From Ophelia neglecta (Eukaryota), in the NCBI GenBank assembly GCA_965285935.1, contig OZ260662.1, positions 7,688,001 to 7,752,000 of the forward strand: DNA of 64,000 nucleotides, in the 5' to 3' direction. The translations under genes and the position numbers were made by a program. The notes below the pieces were generated by a model. The model ran no database searches, was not told the DNA's origin, and saw only the letters and a list, made by a program, of their open reading frames with translations. This document shows, one piece after another, positions 51,371-62,199 of this stretch. Positions within the stretch are counted from its first letter, which is position 1. Each line of letters starts with the position of its first letter.

Positions 51371-54164
51371 GTTTTTATTTTCTTCTTAAACAGTGCGATA
51401 GGCGAATAAATATTGCCAAACAGATGGAAATAAACGTCATTTTTAATTGTAAAGGATTCATGTTCATAAAGACTTGTGTGTCATGCAGGTTAGTGCTTTA
51501 GATAAAGGACAAATTAAAAAAGGAGAGGTTTCTCGGGAGCTAATCCTTGTTCCAAGTTTCTGGTCGATATCATTTAGCCTAGTATGACCTCCGGGCGACA
51601 TGACCAGCGTTTTGCGGCCAGTCTTTCCCCCCTCCACGATAGAGAGCTCTAGTTTCATGCCCCAATCGCTGGCAGCAGGTGTCCATACAGAACAACATAT
51701 ACAGTTACAGCAATCTCTACACAGAACAGACTGCTGTGCGTTTCGATCTTGTCTCAAAGGTCATAGAACATTGGCAGACGATCAAATATCACCTACTCCG
51801 GGCCAAGGTTACAAGAGACGCTGAAATTCGACTGGAGTTCTGGATAGCAGACGACATTGTGTCTTGAGCAGTTTGTGAGCGCTCCTTGGCATCGTCTTTC
51901 GTCAATCAGTCAGCTGTACAATGGCCCCCGCGTGTCGCCCTGACTCAGAGCTGCTCAGCCACCTTATTAGATTGACGAGACCATGGCACTGCCAATAACG
52001 CTAATCAGAGCCGAAATCCGACCTAATTCACGGCATTAAGGCCGAGTTTACCGGCAAATTCTCTCATTGTCTGCTCAGAGGAAGCGGAAATTGATCCTCA
52101 GTGTGTGTGCCTGTAGGCTGAGATAGCGCGTCTGGCTACCAGCGTATTATTTAGTGTCTATACAAGCCTATATTCTATTTTATTTTATACTATTTTATTT
52201 TTTGGTGGAAACTACCTCTTCACCCGGAGGGTACACGCAATCAATAAGCTGGTGCGCACTAAAACTCGGTATATACACATCAAATAGGTGATCATTTAAA
52301 ACGCCACAGTGTCAGCGAACAAACAAACATCAACCAGTATTCACGAAATTAGAGCGAAAATGCCACGCGAGTGTAGAAAAATACATTGAATGTTGTACGA
52401 ATGTACCGCATTTTTTGGGACAAACATTTCAATGCTACACTGTATAGGTCTGTACTATAGGCCTACCGTGATATTGCACAGAACTCGCGTACACTGTAAA
52501 TGATATCTCTGATATACTTATACATTTAACAGCCCACTGCTGCTGATGCTGGAAATAGAGAAAGTAAGGGAAGAATTGAAACGTCACTGACATGCTGTTT
52601 TTCTGTTGAATATAGGCAGCCACCGAGCTGATCAGCTGATGAAGAAAAAAGAATGTCTCCGTGCGCTAACGAGCAACCGACAAACTAGATTGTAGGTCCG
52701 ACTGCCTTTCACTAGACCGGATCTGTATAGCCTCGAAAATAGAATCCTCGCCACCGTCTTCTATGTTTAAACGTGTCAAGTATTGGACCGAAAGAAGAAG
52801 TTTCCACCCAATAAGAGAATCATGTATGCTACAGCATTAATATCTTAAAATATCGCATTGATTCGTAGAGCGGTGGTGGAGCTAAGAGGGAGTCAGTGAT
52901 CACCACAAGAGTCCGGTCTCATCCGACTTTTTCGGACGTTCTCGTGTATGCAGTGGTTTCTCTTGAAAATTTAATAACTAATTGACTATCATTTGCGACC
53001 TTGATAATACGAAAGCAGTAAAACAGATAACATACATTTATAAGTCACCAATTGTATAAATTGATGGTAAATGCTGGATTTTTAAAATATATTTAGTAAG
53101 AAAACGACCCAGTAGAGTTTTCCGGTATTGTCTGACTATAAGAACGAAGACTCTAAAGTGGTCAGCATTCAACATTAATTCTTTCATGGCCTCCACTTCC
53201 GTATATAATTCTCTAGGAAATCTTTTAAGTTTGAATTAAATCCATGTTATTTGCCAAACAGGGACATCATGTCGGAGAGATGATATATTTCCTCTCCTTA
53301 CCATTTCTTGCTGCCAATCCAGACTTTAAAAATTCCATTTATCTCAGGAGGGAGGGGGGGGGGGGGTATTGCATTCGGTTTGAACAGATCTATTGGTTCT
53401 TTGGGGTTTAATACAACAAATAAATACTCGATTAGATTGATAGCATGCAGTGGGACACGGTGGTTAAATACAGTGAACACATCGTACCAATGTACTTTTA
53501 AAGAGTCCATTTCACGCAAACTACAAACTTAAGTCTCTTTTTCACTGCTAAATTCTGACAATTACGAATATTAATATTTTTTAAAGAATTTATTGTACTT
53601 TATTGAAGCCTGCAGGATTTCTTGATTGTGTTTGGTGATATTATAGCGAAGCGAAGAGAGGGTGGCCTCTCCGAAAGTATGATTGCGACAATGTTATTAA
53701 TGGACTCGTGAAAAGAAACGCAGCATTTAGATATATCAGCTGAATCGGAACGAAAGCTTTGAGGCTGTGTGTGGTCTTATAAGAGACACATACCGGCTTG
53801 AGAGAGAGAGGGCAGCCCCTGCATGAGTCCTGCTCTAATGGAACAGCAGGCTGTATTCAGCACCGCCTTCAAATAAACAGATCGAACGCACTCAGAAAGT
53901 GTGTCCATTAGTAGATCGAAGGTTGAATTGACAATGGGCGTCTACTGAACCGAATACGAGGCTTGAATAGAGGCCATATCCGGTATACGAGGTTTGTGTG
54001 AACCTAACATCCGGGGTATTAACGGATAAGAACACAAGCTCTAATTCGTGTGGCTGAGGTGAATAAAACGAAGCCACTCAGAAAATATAATAGGCCTTGG
54101 TAGATTAAAGGCGCTGACATTAAGCCTCCACAGATTACAAAACATACTTACTGACTTCAGTTTC

Positions 54165-54600
54165 AATTTCAATTTCTAAAGGTGTTTTTATTGCCATGAT
54201 CCAGAATAGGCCTAAGTACATCACATTTTACATGAAAAATCTTTACATATACCACAATTTAATCATGGCCAAGAGGATTGACACCATGAGGTATCTCCTC
54301 TCATCAGGAACACTTGTAATGTCTTTAGGAACAACAAAGTATAAGAAGAATGCACAATAATAAAAGGAAAACATATGTTCGTTAACAAATGCTTAATCAA
54401 ACATAAATGTCCATAAAGACTAAGGTTTAAACATGTTGGCCTAAATGGAATATATTTTGCTCAAAAGATCCTCTCTTTAGCGGTTCTTACATAAGGATAT
54501 AGACCATTTTAAGTCTAAATATTGGCTAAGGTTGTTCCATATTTTCACTCCTCTGGATCTTGCTTATACAAGTAACAAATTTTGACGTTAATAACATGGT
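54165..54600 (-). mobile_element. Old CR1/L2 LINE 3' remnant
   Basis: Fragment SRGVKIWNNL (same motif class as YQGAVLYNSL), followed by an AT-rich UTR ending AATAAA...(TTGAAA)n tail near 54165-54190. Confidence 0.5.
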
Positions 54601-55883
54601 TTATTATCTAGCGGACTCACCGCTATGCAAAACCAATAGGACATGGGATTGATCGGGGCAAATATGATAAACAAATAAGCGGGCACAGGGGTCAGGGCCT
54701 GGGGGGCTGGGGGGCTGGGGGTAGAACCCCTAGCGGTAGAGGGACCACAGGGGTCAGGACCCATGTGGGGGCACGGGTACCTCGACACCAAGAGGACGTG
54801 GAAAATGGGTGGGGGTGGGGAGGGGGAGGGGGGCTGCAAACCTTGTGCGGGAGGGGTAATGGGGTCCGCACACAAATATGACATGGGAAGGGGGGAGGGG
54901 GTGACAACCAGGGGAGATGAGGGGGCACAAAATGCCAGGAGCCCCAGGGAGTTGGCTCAGGTGTGGGTGATTCACGACCATGGATAGGAGACATAATTAA
55001 CGCTCCCGTCTTATACAGGTGTGGGTGACTCGCAGATCACTGAAGTCTTATTGTTTAAATGCTTCGTGACAATACAATGATCTCATCACGTGATATAGGA
55101 AGCCTTAGTTAATCAGCGTCCATGATGACTGTGTGTTACCATGGTTACCTCTAGTGTAACAGACGACAAAGATCATATAGACAGCGAGTTTCGGGTTAGA
55201 CCCAGTGGCGGTGGTGCATGCCGCCCGCTTTCACCAATGTGAATTCATTGACAGGGACCCACCCTTCACGATTCAGCTCCGAGCCTCCTCTCCGTGGGTT
55301 GCTCTCTTTGACCACTGCGATTGTCCGCAGCACTAGTTCCCTTCCCCCGAGACCGGTGTATGGACAGGATGGGATGCTGTCCCCTACCAGTTTAAACTGT
55401 ATATGGCGTTATCACCCACACCCCCACACCCGCAGACCCACAGACCCCCCTCTCCTCATCTAGAAGGCGGCGTCCCCACCCAACTCTCTCCAATCTACAT
55501 TTATTAAATTAACCTTTTTCTAAACTCTAAATTAGCAACAGAAATAAGTTTTTATCATCATTTCTTTAATTTGCACGTTTTTCATTCGCGTTGCTGAAAT
55601 GATCTTGGTTTCTACATATATTCATTCCATGCGCAAATCTGCAAAAGGCTAAAACAAGATATTTAATACCACTTTATTAAAGAATTCTACACTGTATTAT
55701 CTATGTACATATTGCTATTTACTTGGCTAGCTGGGCTTGTCACACGACACGGAGTATAATTCAATTAAATGCATCGCCTTTTTTATTTGAGGTTTCTCAG
55801 GGCGAGGAAAGTTTAATTCGAAGACAGTAATGGAAATGGAAATCTGAAACAATGAATAGATTACTTTGTGACAAATTGTCTGA

Positions 55884-56340
55884 AGAGTGGGCGAGTATTT
55901 ATTAATCGTCCGGGCCCGGTTGCTGGAAGCGGTCTCAGGATTCAGGATTAGATTAGCCTATTATCGATTAGCTAAGACTTGATTTGACTAGGCTTAAGAC
56001 CAAATTTGGTCTTAAGACCGCTTCCAGAAACCCGGACTAGCAAGTTAAGACCGATTAAGCATTTTAATCCTAATCCTGGTCTTAGGACCTCTTCCAGAAA
56101 CCGGCCCCCGGAGATTGGGCGCGAATTTATTAACCGTCCGGAGAGTGGGCGAGTATTTATTAGCCGTCCAGAGAGTGGGCGAGTATCTTTTAACCGTCCG
56201 GAGAGTGGGCTAGTATCTTTTAACCGTCCGGAGAGTGGGCGAGTATTTATTAACCGTCCGGATAGTGGGCGAGTATTTATTAGCCGTCCGGAGAGTGGGC
56301 TAGTATTTATTAATCGCCCGGAGAGCGGGCGAGTATTAAT
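55884..56340. repeat. 30-bp minisatellite (~9 units) interrupted by a MITE
   Basis: Unit GAGAGTGGGCGAGTATTTATTAACCGTCCG at 55884-55912 and 56111-56340. Confidence 0.93.
55913..56107. mobile_element. PIF/Harbinger-like MITE
   Basis: GGCCCGGTT...AACCGGCCC termini with TSD CCG (55910-12 / 56108-10); central palindrome CTTAAGACCAAATTTGGTCTTAAG. Confidence 0.75.
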
Positions 56341-57045
56341 CTTTTAAAGATCAATATAATTTTCACGCATTTGTTAGGCAGATTTTATTAGGTTTTTAAA
56401 TTAAAACCACACTTTGCTAGTTTCTTTAGGCAGATAATGCACATAAAAATAGCGTGAGACAAAAAAAGGACCGTGGCATGGGAGCCTACTCTATCAAGTC
56501 AGAATGACAGATATCGTGTGTATAACACAATCCAATTGTATATCATATATATTACTAGACCTACAGACAAATACCTGGCATATATTTGACGAGACATATA
56601 CAGTATGCACAAATGAGATTTGAACACGTGACCTTGAGTATTCTTTTATTCTATTCGTACACATACGTAAATATAGCACTCGACCGACGATCATAAACAA
56701 CAAACAATCACTAGGCAACAACGTACACCGTCCCAAAATGTACGCTTCATATACAATGTACAATGTATGCACACAAGCCGTGCACGCAGTGCAACACGCG
56801 TTCAACCAGAGGCTTAGATTTGGCATCACAATTCAGAAGGTTTCTATCTTATACCAAAATCAAGATTGACATTCATAAAACAGATGACAGAATAGATTTT
56901 CAATTAAACATGCATAGGTTTAAAAGTCTTGACATGATAATGCTGTAGGTAGTGGTAGTAGTCTCGCGACGTACAGTTCTCTTAACAACTGGAGGTAAGT
57001 CTAAGAAATTACAATATGTCCGAACCATGAGAGTGTATCAAACTA

Positions 57046-57222
57046 CAGTGAAACCTGACAATTAGGGACAGCCAAGGGACTGGGAAATGTGTCCTCTTTT
57101 CTCAGTTGTCCTTATTTCTCAGGTTACTTAACATGTAAAGTATTACAACTGTACTAAAAACAATGTCCTTAATAGTCAGTGTGTCCCTAATTGTCAGGTG
57201 TCCTATAGGCCAGGTTTTACTG
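57046..57222 (-). mobile_element. Tc1/pogo-type MITE, sister subfamily
   Basis: TA-CAGTGAAACCTG...CAGGTTTTACTG-TA; internal motif GTGTCC(T/C) instead of GTGGTCT. Confidence 0.8.
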
Positions 57223-58893
57223 TATATGGTTAATATCATAGTTACCCTGAAGAGTATACCTAACATAGCTTATCTAGATCAGTATTAAGTCTGAACAGCG
57301 ACATAAATAACTTGGAGAATCAGTGGGAGCGGGTAATAATATGGTGGACCCCCCCCCCCCCCCCCTGCCTATTTCTGGATCAACGACGCGTCTACACTCA
57401 TGTATACAACCGAATTCAAAATCAACAAATATTCCAACAACTGATAGGTATGAACAAAATTCGTCTTTCATAACAAAAACCGAGTTGCCATGGTTACGCG
57501 AGCTGCCATGCTCCAATTACACTATATTGGCAAAAAACAATCTTATGAACGACTTTAATTATCTAATACGGGTTTTAGTCGACTTTTAAGATGTACGGCA
57601 ATTTCCCCAAATTGCTCCTGATCCGCTTATCTTAGTTTAAACTTAGTTTAGTCTGATGAATTTGTAAAGTGACGTCACCATTTTCGCAGTCACGTGGCAA
57701 CTCTTAATACATTGACGTCATTTAATCGTAACCATGTCATTATGACGTCATCCACATAATCTCTGTGATCAACTTTCATGCTATGATCTTGTCCAATGGT
57801 AGCGCATAGACACATGGAAATGTAAAGATTCGTTTTATACTAAAAATGGTCACAAGATCTACTGCTATTTGTGTAGCTTTTTCTTCCTGATAAATATTTT
57901 AAATATCTGGCACTAAATGTCACAATCTGTCAGTAAAAAAAGCCACCAGTACTCCATTTATCGCTCTGCATTCACTGCTAATCCGACAGAACACACAAAC
58001 AATCCGAGCGATAATCCTACATCCACGACTTAAAGCAGAATCTGCTGCACTGTTAACTGTAAACTTTGACAATTTCGGGAATAGCTTTTCCCTTGAAACG
58101 GTTGTCGCCACTAGCACAGTATTCACAACATAGCATGTCCATCTATCCTGGTTCGTATATACACACACGCATACACTATAGCTGACCATACACACGGCGT
58201 ACGGCGTACTACATCTAATCCTGATATCTATGTACATAGCACACCATCTCTGTCACCAAACCCTGCTGCCCCCCACAATACCCGACCATCAATCATGAAG
58301 CCCCAGACACCTCTGTGTGTCACCGCCTCCTGTCGCCAGTTTCTCACGACTTAACCCTTGGTACACTGCCCCGTATTAACTTTAAAGCTTCACTGCCCGC
58401 ATAGATTTGTCAGATGTTAAGTCTATTGAACGCAATACAATAAATTCTGATGTTTTCAGAGGAAAATGGCAGGGTGTATTCCGGGAGGCAACAAATTATT
58501 ATTGAGATTGCGTCCATATAATATCACATTCGCGCTGGGTCCAAGAGAAAAGTGTAAACAAATCCAACAAATAGGGAAAATCCACCCAGAAATCGCCACA
58601 CTAGTTTTTTTTTCCTTCCTTGAGATAGAGCGAGCCTCGTTTCGTTTATTAATAACATTTTTAGCGTAATCCAGAGCAGGTTTAAAGTGTATTCCGATGT
58701 GTTTGGTTAAAACTACGTTCATGACGGGTTCATCTACCCGCTGGTTGGCCAATCAGATGTATCCTTTGACTCTAGTGGCTGTACCAAAGAGGGCATCCTA
58801 TTGGTGGTCGTTCTAGGGAGGTTATTTTGTTTATTGTCGACTAAGTGTTGTCGAGTGTATGCTGTTTACATCCATATCGAAGATGGTGTTTTC

Positions 58894-59078
58894 TTCATGG
58901 TCGTACCCGAGAGGGTATTTTATTCATGGCCGTATTAGAGAGAGTATTCCGTTCATGGCCGTTCTAGAGAAGGTGTTTGATTCATGGTCGTGGTAGAGCG
59001 GTGTTCTGTTCTTGGTCGTACTGTGGCCGTATTAGGGAGGTTATTACGTTCATGGCCGTACCATAGAGGGTATTTTTA
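58894..59078. repeat. 29-bp degenerate minisatellite overlapping the Psc stop codon and 3' UTR
   Basis: TTC(A/T)TGG(C/T)CGT at 58894, 58923, 58952, 58981, 59009 and 59049. Confidence 0.85.
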
Positions 59079-62000
59079 AACACGTTTTATGACCTCCCGA
59101 TGGTGATTTCCGCTCCTGGAATTCCTGTTCGACTTTGCGGTCCCTGGAGCGTTTAGTTGTGAGTTCTAGGGGGGCGTCGTAGCCGTTTGCCAGGGGGTTA
59201 GGGGGTCTCTCCTGGTAGGGAGATCGCCGGGGGTGAGGAAGGAGGGTCCGAGGGCCCTGGCGTCCTGGAGACGGTCCCCTGACACGGACCCCTCCAGGTC
59301 CATGAGGCCCTCGGGGCCCGCTGGGTCCTCTTGGGGCAGGCTGTCCCCCAGGGTTCCTGTGAGGCCCTGGAAACCTCCTGGCGCCCTGAGCCCTGTAGCC
59401 CTGCAGGCGAGGAAGGTCGCGCCGAGATGGGCCGGGGTAGGGGGGTGGTGGGGGTAGCAGGGGCGGGTCGTTCTGTCCGTTGGTCAGGATGACCCCAGTG
59501 GGTAGAGCGGGTCCCACACAGCGGAAGGGGGGCGCTGGCATTCTGGTCTGGGCGACTACCCCGGTCAGCCTGGACATGTCGTCCAGGTGGAGTCTGTGAC
59601 CCCCCTCCTGGGGCATGGGGCTCCCCGAGGGGGGTCTGGGGGTGTCACAGCGCCCAGCCGGCTTGCTCGGGATGCCGTTACACAGTCTTTTGAGGCTCCG
59701 TATGGGAGTATTAGAGTCCTGAGTCGAGTCCGCCTTCCGGGGCATGGCCGCCCTGGACAGGCGGGGATGGCTGGCACTGCGCACGGCTCCTACAGGGTGG
59801 GCCACAGGGGTGGAGGGGCCGTTAGGCTTGGCACTAGATGGAGCCTGCTGGGCCTTGGCCCGCGAGTCATTGTTCTCTTGTAACTGCCCTCCCCTGCTCT
59901 GTGCGCTGGGTGTCTGCGGCGAGCCGGCCGGAGCGCCCCCTAGCGGGGACCCGCCTCCCCCCGGTGAACTCTCTCCTTCTATGGGGGTGCCTCCAGGACT
60001 GAGCTGGAGCTGCCTCTGTTTAATGGCCTTGTCGTGTATCCGGCCGAGGAAGGCGTCCAGACGGGCAGCTTTCTTCAGCTTGTCCCCGGGTTTGGGAGTA
60101 GGCGGCGGGCCGGCAGCCCGGCGGATCTCTGGGGAGGCCGGGCCTCCACAGTGGTCGGGGCTGGTCTGGGTCTGGGCGGTGGCTCTAAGGATCTCTCTCC
60201 GGGGAGAGGGGCTATCCGGGGGCCCGGGGGACACGACCCCGGAGTCCACGGGACTCGGCTGGCTGATCGCCAACTCGAGGCTCTCAGGCTCGCCTCCACA
60301 GTCTCTGTCTACGGTATTATCGCTCACACCATCCTCCGAAATACTGGTGTTATCGTCCATACCTATAATTGAGTCCACAGCGCACGTGGTATCCATAGCA
60401 ACCATAGTACCGATTGAACTCGTAGTGTCGTCTGATCGCCCGTTGTCTCCCAGAGAGTCTGTATTATCGCTCGCACTACTGACCGTATCTCCTGCGATCA
60501 CGTGATCTTCCTCCATGGGGGAGGAGCTGGTGCTGTCGGGCACGTGACTCTGTATGACCTCCCTCACCTCGGAGTTCACAACACACTCGGCGTCCGTGTC
60601 AGTCTCCGTGTTGGTACAATAATCCTGGCAATTCTCCGTGTACTCGAAGTGTCCTTCACCCTGGACGAGAGCTTCTGTCGACAGGTCGACCGCCATCTCG
60701 CAGGCGTCTGTCTCCCCTGAGTAGTCATTGACATACCCCTCAGAGGGCGCCACCTGGCTGTCAGAGTCAGGCAGTGAGTATACTACTGTCTCCTGTGACG
60801 GCAGATTCGCAAACTGTTCCGTGACAGATTCTCGTATGATCTGACCGTTTATATAGTGTGGTAAACCCTGCTCGGAGTCCTGCACCTCAACCGTGCTGTA
60901 CTCTATCCCATCAGGCGCTGCGCCTTCTTCCGTAGTCTCTACCGCGTCCTGTGACGCGTCACATGACGCGTCCTGTGACACGTCTAGTACCACGGTTTGC
61001 GGAGTCTGAGATCCCTGACTGTCCTGGGTGTCTGAGGTGAGCTGGAGCTCGCCTCCGGGGGCCGTCCCATCCTGTTCCTCCTGCTGAAGGGCGCTATTCA
61101 CTGCCCCCTCTATCCCGCTACTGTCAGTATCCATGGAGACGGGCTCAGCGCCGTCCGAGGGGCTGTCGACGACCGAGGGCGGGTGGCTGAGAAGCACGGT
61201 GCTGTCCGACTCCGCCCCCGAGTCCTCGGCCGTACTGTTATCCCAGGCCGGGCTGGGGGAAGCAGCCTCCTTGAGCCGAGGCGACTTCACCGGCGGTCCC
61301 GGCTCCTTGCGAGGGCGGCCTCGCTTCCTTTTGCCAGTGGGCTCGGCGCTTCCTCCCTGGGACGCTGTGTATTTTACCCTCGGTCGAGAGCTGATCTGAG
61401 GGTTGTTAAGTATCTTCAAACTGACTTTAGGCCGGCCGACCTTGCGTTTAGGGACATCCATACGGTCCACGACGGAGAGAAGAGGGGGTCGGGAGACGGG
61501 CAGTTTGGGAGTCTCCTTACCCGACACCAGGGGGAGCGGCGGGGGCCGGGCCACGGGCGGTCGCGGCGCCTCCTTGCCCGTCACCAGGGGTAACGGAGGG
61601 GGTCTGGCCACCGGGGTTTTAGGTACGTCAGCCCCGGAGACCAGAGGGAGAGGCGGGGGCCTCGCCACGGGGGTTTTCGGCGGTTTGGGCGCGGGAGGTG
61701 AACTGGCTTCACTGACTTTGTCACCGCCAGGCAGTACCCGCACCCCGGTCGATAGGGGTGACAGCGCCCCCATACCCTCCTCCCCCACCTCCTTCCTCCC
61801 CTCAGGAGGTGTTGGTGGTTTTATCCTGATTCTAGGTATTTTCGGGGTTTCCTTGGTAAACTTTTCGGAGTCCTTCTTTTTCGACTTCTTTTTGTGAGAT
61901 TTCGAAGATTTTTTAGACTTGGGGCTTTTTGACGCCGATTTTGGCGACTTTGACACAATTGACGCCGGTGATGTCACTTCCGGACTTGAGTTTATCACTA

Positions 62001-62199
62001 TAGCCTCGTTACTGTGACCATCATCCCCGTTGCTATTGGTATCCATGCCGTTGCTATTGGTGACCAGGCCGTTGCTTTGCCTACCCTGCGGGGTTTCCAG
62101 CTGAGCACACGTGAGAGGGGCGTCTCTCGCCAGCAGGGGGAGTTTAATACTGTTCTTGGTTTTGTCATACACGAAATAGCGGAGAGTCAGCGGCTCCAA
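59050..62199 (-). CDS. Psc: Terminal coding exon of a Polycomb group RING finger gene, Psc/BMI1 (PCGF2/4) class; last RAWUL strand plus ~1,040-aa disordered C-terminal region
   Basis: 1059-codon ORF; acceptor ttttctgtctttcag|TTG at 62200-62201. Begins LEPLTLRYFV, matching BMI1 NGPLPLKYRV and continuing in frame from the upstream exon ending YAWRR. Contains AT-hook KRKRGRPRK (61306-61332) and PLELTTK (59152-59172). Stop at 59050-59052. Confidence 0.9.
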   Translation of the reverse strand: MEPLTLRYFVYDKTKNSIKLPLLARDAPLTCAQLETPQGRQSNGLVTNSNGMDTNSNGDDGHSNEAIVINSSPEVTSPASIVSKSPKSASKSPKSKKSSKSHKKKSKKKDSEKFTKETPKIPRIRIKPPTPPEGRKEVGEEGMGALSPLSTGVRVLPGGDKVSEASSPPAPKPPKTPVARPPPLPLVSGADVPKTPVARPPPLPLVTGKEAPRPPVARPPPLPLVSGKETPKLPVSRPPLLSVVDRMDVPKRKVGRPKVSLKILNNPQISSRPRVKYTASQGGSAEPTGKRKRGRPRKEPGPPVKSPRLKEAASPSPAWDNSTAEDSGAESDSTVLLSHPPSVVDSPSDGAEPVSMDTDSSGIEGAVNSALQQEEQDGTAPGGELQLTSDTQDSQGSQTPQTVVLDVSQDASCDASQDAVETTEEGAAPDGIEYSTVEVQDSEQGLPHYINGQIIRESVTEQFANLPSQETVVYSLPDSDSQVAPSEGYVNDYSGETDACEMAVDLSTEALVQGEGHFEYTENCQDYCTNTETDTDAECVVNSEVREVIQSHVPDSTSSSPMEEDHVIAGDTVSSASDNTDSLGDNGRSDDTTSSIGTMVAMDTTCAVDSIIGMDDNTSISEDGVSDNTVDRDCGGEPESLELAISQPSPVDSGVVSPGPPDSPSPRREILRATAQTQTSPDHCGGPASPEIRRAAGPPPTPKPGDKLKKAARLDAFLGRIHDKAIKQRQLQLSPGGTPIEGESSPGGGGSPLGGAPAGSPQTPSAQSRGGQLQENNDSRAKAQQAPSSAKPNGPSTPVAHPVGAVRSASHPRLSRAAMPRKADSTQDSNTPIRSLKRLCNGIPSKPAGRCDTPRPPSGSPMPQEGGHRLHLDDMSRLTGVVAQTRMPAPPFRCVGPALPTGVILTNGQNDPPLLPPPPPYPGPSRRDLPRLQGYRAQGARRFPGPHRNPGGQPAPRGPSGPRGPHGPGGVRVRGPSPGRQGPRTLLPHPRRSPYQERPPNPLANGYDAPLELTTKRSRDRKVEQEFQERKSPSGGHKTCLKIPSMVRP

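Noticed and set aside
15605-54600. Minus-strand bias of retroelement remnants
   Set aside because: Small sample, and several retroposon-like 3' tails (about 2250, 36200 and 40780) lie on the plus strand.
33832-54994. Pro- or Gly-rich ORFs at 33832, 46682-47125, 48118-48495 and 54588-54994
   Set aside because: Translations of poly-C/poly-G or (GA)n tracts.
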